Origin: Octopus bimaculoides
Taxonomy: Eukaryota
Assembly: GCF_001194135.2 (NCBI RefSeq)
Contig: NC_068986.1
Location: 106,717,997 to 106,780,065 of the forward strand
Direction: 5' to 3'
Length of the DNA stretch: 62,069 bases
How positions within the stretch are numbered: the first letter of the stretch is position 1; each line of letters starts with the position of its first letter. Below, in pieces: positions 11,870 through 25,908 of the stretch. The translations under genes and the position numbers were made by a program. The notes under the pieces were generated by a model. The model ran no database searches, was not told the DNA's origin, and saw only the letters and a program-made list of their open reading frames with translations.

Positions 11870-14860
11870 TGTTCATTTCCTCTTTCACTAACACACTGCT
11901 CTTAATCTTATTTTTCCAGACACGCAACGAAAATGGTCACAGCCGTTTCCAAACACATAATTTAGTTCATTTTCTGGAGAAAATTTAATAAATACACTTC
12001 GCAAACAAATAAAACGTGCCTCAGAAGATACGACCATCTAAACAACTTTCTTGTCCTTCTATCCAGTGTTGATATTTCTTCTTTAGTCTATTTGAGGATG
12101 GACGCACTATATCTGACCATCGCAACTGCCCAGATATTCATTGCGGTAATCAAATTTTTGGCATTCAGGTTGGATTTTAACACCATCTTCACCATTCTTT
12201 GATACGCCTCGCTGACCTTGACTTTTATTTCTCTGTGTAGAATGTCATCAAGGTCCAAAATCCTTAAATATCTGTGCCCATTGCCGTCGGGTTCACCCAT
12301 GGTATCTCGTGGTGGTAACCGCAATCCTCTGCAGGTGGCTTTCTCCCATCTTTTAATATTAAGTACTTAGCATTTGGTAACCCCAAATTCCATACCGATG
12401 TCCCTATCACACTTCTCAACAATTTTGGTTAGGGAATCTAGCTGTTTTTCAGATTTCCGAAACAATATCAGGTCATTCATAAAGAGATGATTCAATGATG
12501 GGTTTTCTTCCACATGGGTTATCCATCTTAACTTTCCTAAGTATCATCGTTATGGGTATTAGTGCAGTTACAAACAGCAACGCAGAAAACGAGTCACCTT
12601 GGAAAATAACCCTTTTAATATTAACTTATCCAGGAATACATTAGTTGAGTACAATTTGGTTTTCTACTATTTCATTCTATGCATCAGAAAATTTGTGATG
12701 TTGTCAACAACACCAAACATCTGCAGGCTTTCAAAGATCCAAGAATGGACGCACTATATCTGACAATCACAACTGCCCAGATATTCATTGCGGTAATCAA
12801 ATTTTGGCATTCAGGTTGGATTTTAACACTATCTTCACCCTTTTTTGATACGCCTCGCTGACCTTGACTTTCATTTCTCTGTGTAGAATGTCATCCAGTT
12901 CCTAAATCCATGAAGATCTATACGAACTACCATCGGGTTCACCCATGATCTCTCGTAATGGTAAACGCAATCCCCTGCAGACTGATTTCTTCCTTCTTTT
13001 CATATTAAATACTGAGCATTTGGTAATCCCAAATTCCATACCGTTGTCTCTACATTTCTCGACTCTTTTGGTTAAGGAATCTATCAGTTTTTAAGATTTC
13101 CGAAACAATTTCAGATCATTCATAAACAAAAGATGATTCAATGATGGGCCTTTCTTCTTACATCTTAACTTTTTCTAAGTGTTGCTGTTATGTGTATTAG
13201 TGCAATTACGAACAGTAACGAAGCGAACGAGCCACCTTGGAAGATGCCCCTTTTAATATTAACGTCTCCAAGGAATACATTACTTGAGTACAATTTGGTT
13301 TTCTACTCTTTCATTCTATGCATCAGTAAATTTGTGCTGCTGTCAACAACACCAAACATCTGCAGGCATTCAACGATCCAAGAATGAGACATCATACCAT
13401 ATGCCTTCTTAAAGTCAATCCAAGCCATAGACATGTTTGCATGATGTTTTTACAATGCCTCAAAACTATTTTATCGATGACCAGGTGATCCTTGATACCC
13501 TGAAAGTTCTTCCTAGATCTTTGTTTTTCCCTTGGTAGTATTCCTTCCTATGCCAGGAGGAAATACTTTGTTGCACATATTCCGGTGAGTGCCTTCCAGA
13601 TTACGCTTAGACATGCTATGGGACGGTAGCTTCCCACAATATTCCCCTTTCTTCTAGCTTTCATTATAAGTTGTCCTCTCAGTCACCATCCACAGGGGGA
13701 CATTACAGTTCTAGACACTCTCATTTAATTAGGCTGCTAGTCTTTCATGCATCGCGTGACCGTTATTTAAGATGTTGGCTTGGTAGCTTCTTGTAGGTAG
13801 GCATTGATCCTGGGCTGCTATGATAAATCCTTCTATCTCAGGAGACACTAACCATTGACGGGTAAGGGTTTTGTCAAAATCGACATTGGTAGCTCTCTTT
13901 GGATATTTGCCACTGAGAGGTTTGTTCTTGCTGTTTATCAGTAAGAATTTCTAATCAGCCGTTTTGGCACGGGTTTTCATACGCTCAGGTTTTTGTCTGC
14001 TTGTTACCAGCTCGGCTAATTCTGGTATATGTTGTTTTTAAAATTCACTTAGATATTTCTTTGCCTGTTTTGTCACTGAGCATGATGCTTTCTTGTAATT
14101 CATGCTTTAACACAAGTTTTAACATCCAGTCATCAGAGTTTTTCAGGTTGGTGTTTAAGTAAATTGTAGCGATCGTCTTGGTAAATTCCAGTTGTAGAAG
14201 TCCCCGGCCACCCTCTTTTCTTGGTAGGTAAAGTCATTCTGTATCTGCCTTAGGATGGTGCATTCTATACATTGTCAACAATTTTCATATTTTTATGTCA
14301 AGTTTATAGATTTCAGTAATTCACGAGTTAATGATATTGAAACTGTAAGTCATGACCCGATTGACTATAGTATTGATCACTTCGATCCTTTCTTTTGCAC
14401 TCAGCTCTGTCTTGAGTATTTCCCTCACCTTGTGGTATCATTCTTTTCTCATCTTTTCCCTCATCATTGAATGTTTGATTCTATCACCTTCAAATACCCC
14501 TAGGTATCTGTAGCTCTCCGCTAGCCTTAACTCCTTTATGACATTTTGTTGGTCAAGATTAACGTTGGATGTTTCTATCATTTTACCTCCAATAAAGGTA
14601 GCGTCGCACATTTATCGACGCCAGATACTATCCTGAAGTCTTCACTGAAATATTTAACAATTGCTACTAAGCACAGTAGTTGGTGGCAATTTTTTGCAAA
14701 GTGCTTTAAATCATCCATGTAAAAGAGATGATTTATATATTTATCAAACAATTTATAGCCATATAGTACACCATCGAGCAATTTCGAGAGACGTATTAAG
14801 ACTAGACAAAAGAGAAGTGGTGACAGAGAGCCACTCTGGAAAATGCCAGCATTGGGCGAT
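11870..14860 (-). mobile_element. Fragmented R4/Dong-like LINE including the reverse transcriptase region, with an internal tandem duplication
   Basis: HLFYMDDLKHF RT motif (14578-14781), GGRGLL-type and AWIDFKKAYD-like motifs; ~12050-12680 is repeated at ~12740-13380. Confidence 0.8.
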
Positions 14861-14863
14861 TCA

Positions 14864-14899
<36 letters not shown>

Positions 14900-14910
<11 letters not shown>

Positions 14911-15324
14911 GTTGTTGTTCAGTAGTTTTATTTTTATAACGTGCTTTCACTTCACTACCGAGCGCAGCTCTGTGCGCCTTGGGTATGTGCTGTGGTTTGC
15001 TGTGGTGCTTTTATGGTTACTGTACTGAAAGTGTTTTGCGTAGGATGTGTGCAGTGCCCAGTAGTGCAATTTTCTGTATGTTATATATATTTGTAAGTCC
15101 TGGTGTTTTTTGTTATGTATTTGTCTGAATATTTTTTTATTATACCTAAGGCACCTACTATGATAGGAATTGTTTCTGTTTTTAGATTCCACATTCGAGT
15201 TATCTCTATTTCCAGGTCTTTGTATTTTGAAAGTTTTTCCATTTGTTTTAGAGAGACGTTGTCATCTGCTGGTATTGATACATCAATTAGAAAGCATTTT
15301 TTTTTCTTGATGATCTTTGACAAC

Positions 15325-15325
<1 letters not shown>
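14900..15325 (-). mobile_element. R4/Dong-like LINE 3' end in (TAA)n
   Basis: CFLIDVSIPADDNVSLKQMEKLSKYKDLEIEITRMWNLKTETIPIIVGALG; nearly identical to ~6697-6948. Confidence 0.88.
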
Positions 15326-15390
<65 letters not shown>

Positions 15391-15454
15391 CGATTCTGCT
15401 TTTTATCTTTTCAGGATAGAAGAAAGGATTAGTATTATTATGTTTAAGGTGAGA

Positions 15455-15665
15455 AAGCGGCGAGCTGATAGAATCGTTAGGACGTCGGGTGAAATGCTTA
15501 GCAGTATTTTGTCCGCCTTTACATTCTGAGTTCAAGTTCTGCCGAGGTCGACTTTGCCTTTCATCCTTTCGGGGTCGATAATTTAAGTACCAGTGAAACA
15601 CTGGAGTCGATGTTATGGACTATTCCCCTTCTCTAAAACTTTCAGGGCTCTGTGCCTAGAGTAGA
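15455..15665 (+). mobile_element. tRNA-derived SINE family 2 (core resembling the Deu/Nin domain)
   Basis: ggcgagctg...gttcaagttctgccgaggtcgactttgcctttcatcctttcggggtcgata...aagtaccag. Confidence 0.8.
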
Positions 15666-16044
15666 AATAATTATGTTTAAGGTGAGGATAGGAACGAAAA
15701 TTGAATGTGATTAGAATGTCCCAAGAAAGAATAGCAAAAGCGGACCATGCAGGTGATCAAGTACGAACTTCGATTGTATCCAGCAGGAAAATGCAAATGT
15801 GATCGGTTCTGATGGGAGGAAGTACTTGGGCCCTTCCAGAATCAGTAGATGGAATAAATGGACGAGATGGATTGACTTATTTTGATGGTTGGGGTTCATT
15901 CAAATATCACTAACACAAGAAGTAAATGATATTAATTCGTTCAGATTTTACGACTCACCAAAGAAGTCAGGAGTGAATTTAGATATAATTAAAATTTAAA
16001 ATTTAATTGAGAATCAGAATAACATTCATTATGAATCATTGCCG

Positions 16045-16168
16045 ACAGCTGTTGTCATCAACATGTCATTTTGAAGTCATATTTGTACATTTATAATTTT
16101 ATTGTTACTCGTATAAAGCCAGCCTTATAAATTCATATCAATCAAGCTTCAAGGACCAGAAGGTAAGT
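16045..16168 (+). promoter_or_regulatory. Putative promoter and non-coding first exon of gene A
   Basis: ACAGCTGTTGTCA at 16045-16057, TATAAA at 16112, strong donor GAAG|GTAAGT after 16162. The ATG exon begins directly after an acceptor AG, so an upstream UTR exon is required. Confidence 0.6.
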
Positions 16169-16474
16169 AAAAGTGCGAAATGTGATATTGTAGAATTCTA
16201 GTTTCATTAGGTTTTAATTGGTAATTTAAGGATATTACAATGAAACATATTTTTGTTAATACAGAGATAAATGGCTCAATTTTTTCATATTATTAGGAGA
16301 ATGTTTGAGTATTTGTTCTCAGCTTTTCACTTCATATTTTGAAGAGGAACAAAGCTCTAGATACATTATCCATTTCTCCCTCACACCTCCTCTTTATTTC
16401 TTTCTTTCTTTCTTTCTTTCTCTCTCTCTCTCTCTCTCTCTCTTTATATATATATCTTCAACGTTTTACTTGAT

Positions 16475-16640
16475 TTAGTCATTAGACTGCAGCCATGCTA
16501 GGGTGCCACCTTGAATTTATATACGAATCAATCGACCCCAGTACTTCGCTTTTTAAACCTGGTATTTATTTTATCAGTCTTTTATAATGGACCGGTAGGT
16601 TACGGGGATGCAAACACACTAACTCCGGTTGTCACACACA
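16475..16640 (-). mobile_element. SINE family 3 fragment (3' half)
   Basis: Similar to the reverse complement of ~58945-59125. Confidence 0.55.
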
Positions 16641-17794
16641 CACACACACAGAGGCATATATATATATATATAAATNNNNNNNNNNNNNNNNNNNNNNNNN
16701 NNNNNNNNNNNNNNNNNNNNNNNNNNNNNNNNNNNNNNNNNNNNNNNNNNNNNNNNNNNNNNNNNNNNNNNNNNNNNNNNNNNNNNNNNNNNNNNNNNNN
16801 NNNNNNNNNNNNNNNNNNNNNNNNNNNNNNNNNNNNNNNNNNNNNNNNNNNNNNNNNNNNNNNNNNNNNNNNNNNNNNNNNNNNNNNNNNNNNNNNNNNN
16901 NNNNNNNNNNNNNNNNNNNNNNNNNNNNNNNNNNNNNNNNNNNNNNNNNNNNNNNNNNNNNNNNNNNNNNNNNNNNNNNNNNNNNNNNNNNNNNNNNNNN
17001 NNNNNNNNNNNNNNNNNNNNNNNNNNNNNNNNNNNNNNNNNNNNNNNNNNNNNNNNNNNNNNNNNNNNNNNNNNNNNNNNNNNNNNNNNNNNNNNNNNNN
17101 NNNNNNNNNNNNNNNNNNNNNNNNNNNNNNNNNNNNNNNNNNNNNNNNNNNNNNNNNNNNNNNNNNNNNNNNNNNNNNNNNNNNNNNNNNNNNNNNNNNN
17201 NNGATAACTGTTACCTTTTGATATATTACAAAAGGGAAAATACAATATATCTATCCAGCATGCTGAGTTCTATATCTGATAATGTTTGCACAGCCTAAAA
17301 ATGTTTTAATAGAAAAATGTAGTAGTGTGCATGCAGCATTGTGATACAGAAGAGCTTCCTAGTGTGATATAAGGGAAAGTTAAGTAACATTTATATGCCT
17401 TTCACGCTCAAAGGTCCAGGATCAGATGTGAAAGCCAGAAAATTGCAGGACTTCCTCAAATATCTAATGGACACTTAGTATACTTTTTCGCATCACCAGA
17501 AGCTCTCCGTTTTCAATATTTGTTATATTTTTAACATTTTCTATTTTTAATTTTTAATAAAGTTTTCAATTCTTACATTACGAGTTTTATAAGTAAGGTC
17601 TACCATTCTCTACAGAAAAATCACCTCTCTTCTGTCTACGAAGGCACCCATAATTAATTATATATCTAGCCAAAGTTTTTTGGGGGGAGGTGTAGTGTTC
17701 GACCTCAGAACGGATAGCGCTCATTCTTTTTTTTTTTTTTGAATGACTTTCATTTTATCCAGGCCCAAATATTTTTTGCTCAATCGACCAATAA

Positions 17795-18146
17795 TAATAT
17801 CATCGAAAAATTCAATAGGGATGAGAACTCAGGTTCGAAATTTCCCCCAAGACACCTGATGAAGCTGAAACGTTGTGTTAACAAAAAACAAGATGAGGAC
17901 AAATATCCATCAAATGTAAATAATGTAAATAATGTTAAACTTACTTAAACATTTTTTGTTAAACTTAAACATTAATAATACGAAAATGTCGAATATATAA
18001 TAATATACATTATTTACATTTGACGGATATTTATCCTCGTCTTGTTTGTTGTTAACACAACGTTTCGGCTGATATACTCCCCAGCCTTCTTCAGGTGTCT
18101 TCGAGAAATGTCGAACCTGAGTTCTCATTCCTTATGCATTTTTCGA

Positions 18147-18190
<44 letters not shown>

Positions 18191-18560
18191 TAACTGCCTG
18201 GGATCGAACTCGGAATCTTGGTGTTAGTTGCCTGCGCGTTTAACCACTACGCCATATAGCACTATATGCACTACGGGCATATAGCGTAGTCGTTAAGAGC
18301 ACGGGATACTAAACGCAAGACCTCAAGATTCCGAGTTCGATTCCAGGCAGTGACTTGGATAATGATAGCAATAATAATAATAATAGTAATAATAATAAAA
18401 TAATAATAATAATAATAATAATATCATCGAAAAATTCAATAGGAATGAGAACTCAGGTTCGAAATTTCCCCAAGACACCTGATGAAGCTGAAACGTTGTG
18501 TTAACAAAAAACAAGATGAGGACAAATATCCATCAAATGTAAATAATGTAAATAATGTGC
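17795..18560. mobile_element. Three copies (+,-,+) of a ~140-bp Penelope-like terminal repeat carrying hammerhead cores
   Basis: Near-identical copies at ~17795-17937 (+), ~18005-18150 (-) and ~18422-18560 (+). The direct/inverted arrangement and the CTGANGA..GAAACG motif are typical of PLE termini. Confidence 0.55.
18054..18099 (-). ncRNA. Minimal type I hammerhead ribozyme motif
   Basis: GACAC-CUGAAGA-A-GGCUG-gggaguauau-CAGCC-GAAA-CG-UU-GUGUU. Confidence 0.62.
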
Positions 18561-18630
18561 ATGATTCCTCATCCCTCAAATTTAGAACTATATAATAATA
18601 TAATTTAATTTATTTCTATTCTTCTTTCAG

Positions 18631-18694
18631 ATGTATATATATTCAATACTTTTAATTACAGCTCTGTGCGTTTCTGGTGGTCCTCCAACTGAGG
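18631..18694 (+). CDS. Gene A coding exon 1 (signal peptide)
   Basis: ttctttcag|ATG ... GAG G|gtaagt. Encodes MYIYSILLITALCVSGGPPTE with a hydrophobic core. Confidence 0.85.
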
Positions 18695-19796
18695 GTAAGT
18701 TTTCACATTGTTCCCCTATTTTATTCATTTATTCTGCTGAACAGGTTTATGGTAAATAACTCTAATCTAATTCCCTTCGAAGCTTTTGGTCTCCTCTTTC
18801 CCCCGTCGCTGTTGCATGAACCTATACGAAAAAGCTATATTTGGCCAACTGCGAAAAAACATCCATAACATCTTACACACTAGGAGCTAGTTTATCTCTT
18901 TTCTATGTTTGTAAATTCTACAAAATATTTTCCATCAGAGACCCCATTTCTAAGTCACTCCAGTTCATTTCATTGCCGTTTTGAATTATTTGAATATCAT
19001 ACTAAGTGACAATACAAATCATAAATATTTTAATTTTTTCAGCTCTTTAAGTTCAGACATCAAACACCGCTAAGGTTGGCATCGTTGCTCATCCTTCCAG
19101 GATCGATAAAAGAAGTACCGGTTGAGTATTGGGGTCGGTGAAATCGACTAGCCTCTTTCGCCAAACTTTCGTGCCTCGCGTATATACCAGAATGCGTTAT
19201 CATTATTATTATCTCTAAGGTCATGAGCTGGCAGAATTGTTAGCACGTCGGGCGAAATTCTCAGTGCTCCGTTCTGAGTTCAAATTCAGCTGAGGTCGAC
19301 TTTACCTTTCATCCTTTGAGGGGTCGATAAAATAAGTACGAGTTGAACATTGGCATCGATGTAATCGACTCATCCACTTTTGCCTTCCCCATTTCGTCTA
19401 TTAACTTTTCTGGTGTATGTTGGCACCAAGAATCCCGTAACCTCATGTCCATAATTCATTTCATTAAATATTGGCCATTAAGGCCTTACAAAGAGGGGAC
19501 AAACAAGGACAGACAGACAAACATATCCATGCATACGCCATAGTAGGCAGTGGAGGTTTGTGGCTCCTTGTCGTGTCTTTGCTTGTACTATTTCTGCACA
19601 AGATTTTCACAAGCACTAACAATGTGAGTCACACTTTCGACCCTCTTCCCACACATTCCACAGAGGTCCGTTGCATTTGTGCGGTATATATTCTTTTACA
19701 CTGAGTTGGTATTCACTGCCTGGTCCTGAGCAGCGATGATTAGGCTTTCTGTATTCTTCTTTAGGTCACCCTTGTTAAAGAAAAAGAATACCTTCT

Positions 19797-19834
<38 letters not shown>

Positions 19835-20089
19835 GAGTGAGAGGGAAGTGCATGCCACCAAAGTGACACTGGAGTAAAATATACGAAGCCCAATATACCC
19901 ATCATGAGAACTCGTCTGATAAGGGTACACCAGGCACATGTATCACAACCATATGTGCTCGACATAGTGACCTTATATCAAGATAAACAGCATGACCTTG
20001 CAGGTGGGGCCCAGTTAGATCGAGTAGCCCATCCCACTCAAAAGGTCTCTGAATAAGACGTGTTTAAGGATGTTGAATGTATTATTATA

Positions 20090-20139
<50 letters not shown>

Positions 20140-20521
20140 CATCATCATCATCATCATCATCATCGTCATTTTTATTATTATACTTTTCTGCTCTAGGCAC
20201 AAGGCCCGAAATTTTGGGGGAGGGTGGCAGACTATTAGATCGACCCAGTACGCAACTGGTACTTAATTTATCGACCNNNNNNNNNNNNNNNNNNNNNNNN
20301 NNNNNNNNNNNNNNNNNNNNNNNNNNNNNNNNNNNNNNNNNNNNNNNNNNNNNNNNNNNNNNNNNNNNNNNNNNNNNNNNNNNNNNNNNNNNNNNNNNNN
20401 NNNNNNNNNNNNNNNNNNNNNNNNNNNNNNNNNNNNNNNNNNNNNNNNNNNNNNNNNNNNNNNNNNNNNNNNNNNNNNNNNNNNNNNNNNNNNNNTCATC
20501 ATCATCATTATTATTATTATT

Positions 20522-20613
<92 letters not shown>

Positions 20614-22968
20614 CATTATGTTTGGGACGAATGGTAGTTTGGCACGCAGGATGGACTTTAGTGCCTACCTCGACGGTATGCCACGACACTCGGAAATGCC
20701 GATAACACCCGCGGAAATATAGGATGCAATGACGAATTGCACGGAATGAAATTGCCTGGTTAGGGTGGTCTACCCTATGGGTACCCTATATGTCAGACAT
20801 GTCTGGCGGTCTTTTTGGCAAATATCTACTGCAACTGGCTGCAGAACGGGAGAATTCTTAGTTCTGTGAGTCAAGAGCGGTGGCAGTGCTAAGAAAGAAT
20901 CTAAACAAAGGGATCAAATAGAAAATTTTAGGCCCATAATGCAGAAGAGCGTGTTTGCAAAGAAGTTGACGCTCGTCGTCCAGGAATTAAATAGCGATGC
21001 GCAAATATGCACAACCCCAAGCAGGCACATTCACGACACCCTCCACATCATGCGATACATCAGAGATAGGGTGGGTAAAGAATCTGGAATGGGTGGGGTC
21101 CTGATCAATTAGGATTAATCTAAAGCTTTCGACACGGACCCATTTTCCTTGACTGGATCGCTGCAATGTACAGCGATATTTGCTCAGTAGTTTGGGTTAA
21201 TGGTTACCTGTCGGAATCATTCAATATTATGCATTCGGTCTGTCAAAGGCGTCGTTTGTCGTCTTTTTTGTACGTACTGGCTCTTGCCACATTACTGCGG
21301 AAATTAGAGCTGTTGAGAGGCGTGAACTTAGACGTGGGAGAACCGTGTCAGCATAAAGAGACGACCTCATCATCATACTGTCGAACAGCAGGTACATGAA
21401 CCTGGTTGACACTGCTCTAAAAAATACGAGGCGCTGACAAGAACAAAAATTAACCTAGAAAAGTGAGTGGGCTGGTAGCACGGCACCTGAAGAGGCAGGT
21501 CATGCCGTCCAACATCGAGGAGCACAGGAGGGCTGAATCAGTTAAATTGCTCATGGTCTAGTTTGGTCCAAATATCTGGGTGGGGAAGAACTGGGATGAA
21601 GTGAGAAGCAGTTTAGCCAATCTCTATATAATTAACAATCTAAAGATTATCTCTAGCAAATGTTACGAAAGAAATAATATCGGCTTTAAATTTTGACACA
21701 AGGCCAGCAATAACAGAAGCAGGAGATATGTGAATTACATTGAGGCCAGTACTCAGTTGGTACTTATTTTATCGACCACGACTGGATGAAAGACAAAGTC
21801 GACTTCTGTGATATTTTGAACACAAATCGTAAAGTCGAAAGAAATGCCGGTAAGCATTTTGTCCAGTGCGGTAACGATTCTGACAGCTTGATGCGTTTCT
21901 AAAGACACAATATGGTTTGTTTACGATATACCTACCCCCGTGAAAATTGCTGGTATTGTACCAGAATTTTAAGTCATTATTATCATTCATATTGTTAATC
22001 TGTTTACTAGCATTAAGCAACCACGTTTGATATTGTGTTTGTTTGAAATCACAGAAAGATTCTCAATTTAGAAAAAATTCAACTACAAAAATGCCACTAC
22101 CATATTTTTTAAACCAACAAAATACCTGTTCATTGTTTCTCATTTTCAAATATGTATGTTTTATACTATCTTCAGATTGCAGCGGATGTCTTTATAATGG
22201 ATATTGCATTTGTAATAATGCTGTAGGCCTGGTTATAGAAGAATATTCTTGCAAGCAAATAGCATGCACAAATAAAGAAATTGACGTGCAAAAAATATGT
22301 AAGTGAAGACTAATATAACTGCATTCTTTCACACATTTTATATGCTACCAGATTCCTATTACTTTTATGCTTTTCTGTTTGATGGTTTGCGAGTTTCTTG
22401 TGTGTGCTTGTGCGTGTGTGTGTGAAAGCGGCTGGCTTAGTGGTTAGGACATTCGGCTCATGATCGTAAGGTAGTGAGTTCAATTCCCGGCGTTGTGTCC
22501 TTGAGCAAGAAACTTTATTTCTGATTGCTCCACTCCACTCAGCTGGCAAAAATCAGTAGTACCTGTATTTCAAAGTGCCGGCCTTGTCACATTTTGTGTC
22601 ACGCTGAATCTCCCTGAGAACTACGTTAAGGTTACACGCGGTCTACGGAGTGCTCAGCCACTTGCGCGTTAATTTCACGTACAAGCTGTTCTGTTGATCG
22701 TATCAGCTGGGACCCTCGTCGTTGTAACCGACGAAGAGCTCTTTTTTTTATATGTGTATGTGTGTTGGGAAAATGGTAATTCAACCTGCCAAATTCACTA
22801 CCATCTCAGATGAGACCTGAGTCCAATCAAGATTCACTTCCGTCGTCCATGAACTACTTCAACTCTAAATCAGTTATATATTGAGATCCTTCTTAAGTTT
22901 TGTTTTCCTTTCCTTCACCCAATAGCAGACAGTCTACGTCTGCCATCATGACAGCCAAAGACTTAGCC

Positions 22969-23003
<35 letters not shown>

Positions 23004-25861
23004 AAATTGCTTTGACGAGCTTATTAGACTTCATTTTCTCCTCTCATACGACTTAATAAATAACAGGCGTTTAAAAGCTTCAACATAAAATTCTCTATTG
23101 AAACTGAGTCCAACTCGTCGCAGCTGGGAAACTTCGCAACGGCTCAATAAATTTGTCAATATGTCATTTCTTTATGTAGTCTTTTCTCTAAACTTCAACA
23201 TCTCCACCATGCTATAATATATTGATGACCATCTTAACCGTTACACACACACACATATATATGTATATATTTATATATACAAACTCACACGCATGCCTAC
23301 CTACCTACCTACCTACCTACCTATCTACATACATACATACATACATACATACATGCATGCATGCATGCATACATACATACATATGTGTGCATGCACGGGT
23401 GCGAGTGTGTGTGTGTACGTGTGTGTTTGTAATAAAACGAAGCACAGAGGGACAGAACAGGTACATATGGAACAGGAAAAACTACACGATGGACATAGGC
23501 ATACTCACTCCCTCATCAGTTATCGATAAAATGTCACCTCAATGTTGACACCTGACGATAAATGTTGTTCAATTTAGTGGTGTCAGTAACATAAGCTAAT
23601 GGGTCTTAAATGAAAGGACAAGAATAATGCAAAAAACAAAAACAAGACAATAAAGAGAGTGGGAAGAATAATAAAACAAGAAAGACAAGTAAGTAAAAAG
23701 AAAAAAAATAAATAGATAAATGGAACAGAGATCCGATCAACGGAACACCCTTCTATGTGGCTGAGCACTCCACAGACACGTGTACCCTTAACGTAGTTCT
23801 CGGGGAGATTCAGCATGACACAGAGTGTGACAAGGCTGACCCTTTGAAATACAGGTACAACGGAAACAGGAAGTAAGAGAAAGTTGTAGTGAAACAGTAC
23901 AGCAGGTTTCAACCCCACTGCCGGAGCCTCGTGGAGCCTTAGGTGTTTTCGCTCAATAAACACTCACAACGCCGGTCTGGGAATCGAAACCGCGATCCTA
24001 CGACTGCGAGTCCGCTGCCCTTACCACTGAGCCGTTGCGCTTCCACGGAACAGAGATATATACGCGGCGAATAACTGTAGGTAGAAAGTAAATAATATAC
24101 CGAGGGCAGCATGTCTACCCATTGTGCATTTTATCGAAAATTAAAAGAAAAAACACTTTTAGGCTTTGGTTAATGAAATCTTAGAAGTTGTTTGTTGTAT
24201 TTTTGACAACATCTTATATATATATATTTAAAATTCAAGACGACCAGCCATTTTTCATAACCTTTAATCTTTTCTCAACTATTTTATCATCTCAGAATTC
24301 TTTACACCAGCCATTTTCAATGTTACAGTTTGTTCACATTTTGTTTGAGTCGCCATATTAAATTAAAAGTAAACAAAATAAAGAAATATTTAGAAGCATT
24401 ATACCTATACTTGCAACTATCTGTGAGAATCAGAATGTTTGGGAAATTATTATGTCTAAGTAGTTGGTAAATATATCCAAGTATTTCCATTCAATCTCAC
24501 TCAGTTTCGTTATCTTTTCAGTTTGTAAAGACTTCAGAGGAAATTGCATGCCCCATGGCAAAGGATGGCTTGGAGTTTACCGAAATCTGTGTGTTACAAA
24601 TTATTGTTATATAGTAAGAGGTCGTCCAAGACTAACTATGCGCTATAATCAGGGTATGTATAATTTGCTATTTTGGAGGTTGTTATATATATGAATCATG
24701 GTTCGTTTAAATTTACAATAACACAAATGTACAAATACATAATACGCTAAACGTCAGTATGCTGATGACAACGCAGCGGCCTCCCACTACAGTAAACAGC
24801 TTCAACAACCGTGAATAACTTCAATGTTTACACTCGGTTTGACCTAAGGTCAACATCAAAAAGACAAATATTCCGGCACAACCCGGTCTAAGTAAGGAAA
24901 CTCCAGGCCTCAAAATTACCATCTTGGAGACGCCATCGGAGAAAGTTAACCACTTTTCTTACTTAAGAAGTTTGCTTTCAAACAAGTGCACATCGGACGA
25001 GGACGTGGAGAAGCGATTAAGAACGACTCACACCGCGTTTAATGGACTAGCTAAAAGGGTATTTAAGAACAAGGATCTGAACCGTAAAACAAAATTGTCT
25101 ACCAAGCAATCGTGTTCTCTATTCTCCTCTACGGTTGTGAAACCTGGACTCTTTACCGAATTGACGTAAAAACATTAGAGCGATTTCACCAACAGAAGCT
25201 CCACTCTATTATGAATATTAAATGGAAAGTCTATGCTTGTGATGTGTTTGTTTTGGAGAGAACGAAATTGAACAGCATGGAGGATGCCATCCTGAAACAT
25301 CGTCTGAGATGGGAGGGTCACGTAGTAAGAATGAAAGAAGCCGCGTCAAACTTTATATGGTAAACTTTACACTAGAAGAAGAATCCGTGATACAAGGATC
25401 AGCTGAAGCAAAGCATAAAACTGACTGGAATCGATCCCATAGCCAGGGACATAGAAGTTCAGGTCAGGCCCCTACTGGCATCATTCCATCTCCACTGTAA
25501 CAGATCATTCTGAAGCTGAAGGACAGATGAAAGAATAGAAACGACGAGAAAGAAAATGAAGGTTGCAACAACCAAACCCTCCACCATGGATCCGTTGTGA
25601 ACTTTGCAAGAGACGCTTCCATGCAAGAATGGGCCTCATTAGTCAACAGAGGCATACATAGGGACAGAGAGGAAGAAGTGGTCAAGCAGAAACCAAATAA
25701 ATGATCGGACACGCGATAAAACGCCGACGACAAATACATAAATACATTCAAATGTACATGTATTTGTACCTGTATCTATCTATCTATCTATCTACCTGTC
25801 GCTCTCATTCTCTGCATATACATACATACATACATACATACATACATGCATACATACAAAC

Positions 25862-25908
<47 letters not shown>

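Noticed and set aside
15690-15930. More GC-balanced, coding-looking patch upstream of gene A (GGSTWALPESVDGINGRDGLTYFDGWGSFKY)
   Set aside because: Stops in all frames, no consistent splice sites and no family I recognise. Probably a TE remnant, but BLASTx would be needed.
17280-17650. Possible GIY-YIG/Penelope coding remnant next to the hammerhead repeats
   Set aside because: Too degenerate to support by eye; needs a profile search.
23546-23585. TGACAC-CTGACGA-TAAAT...ATTTA-GTG-GTGTCA hammerhead-like stems
   Set aside because: The essential GAAA strand is missing, so it cannot be a functional hammerhead and may be chance.
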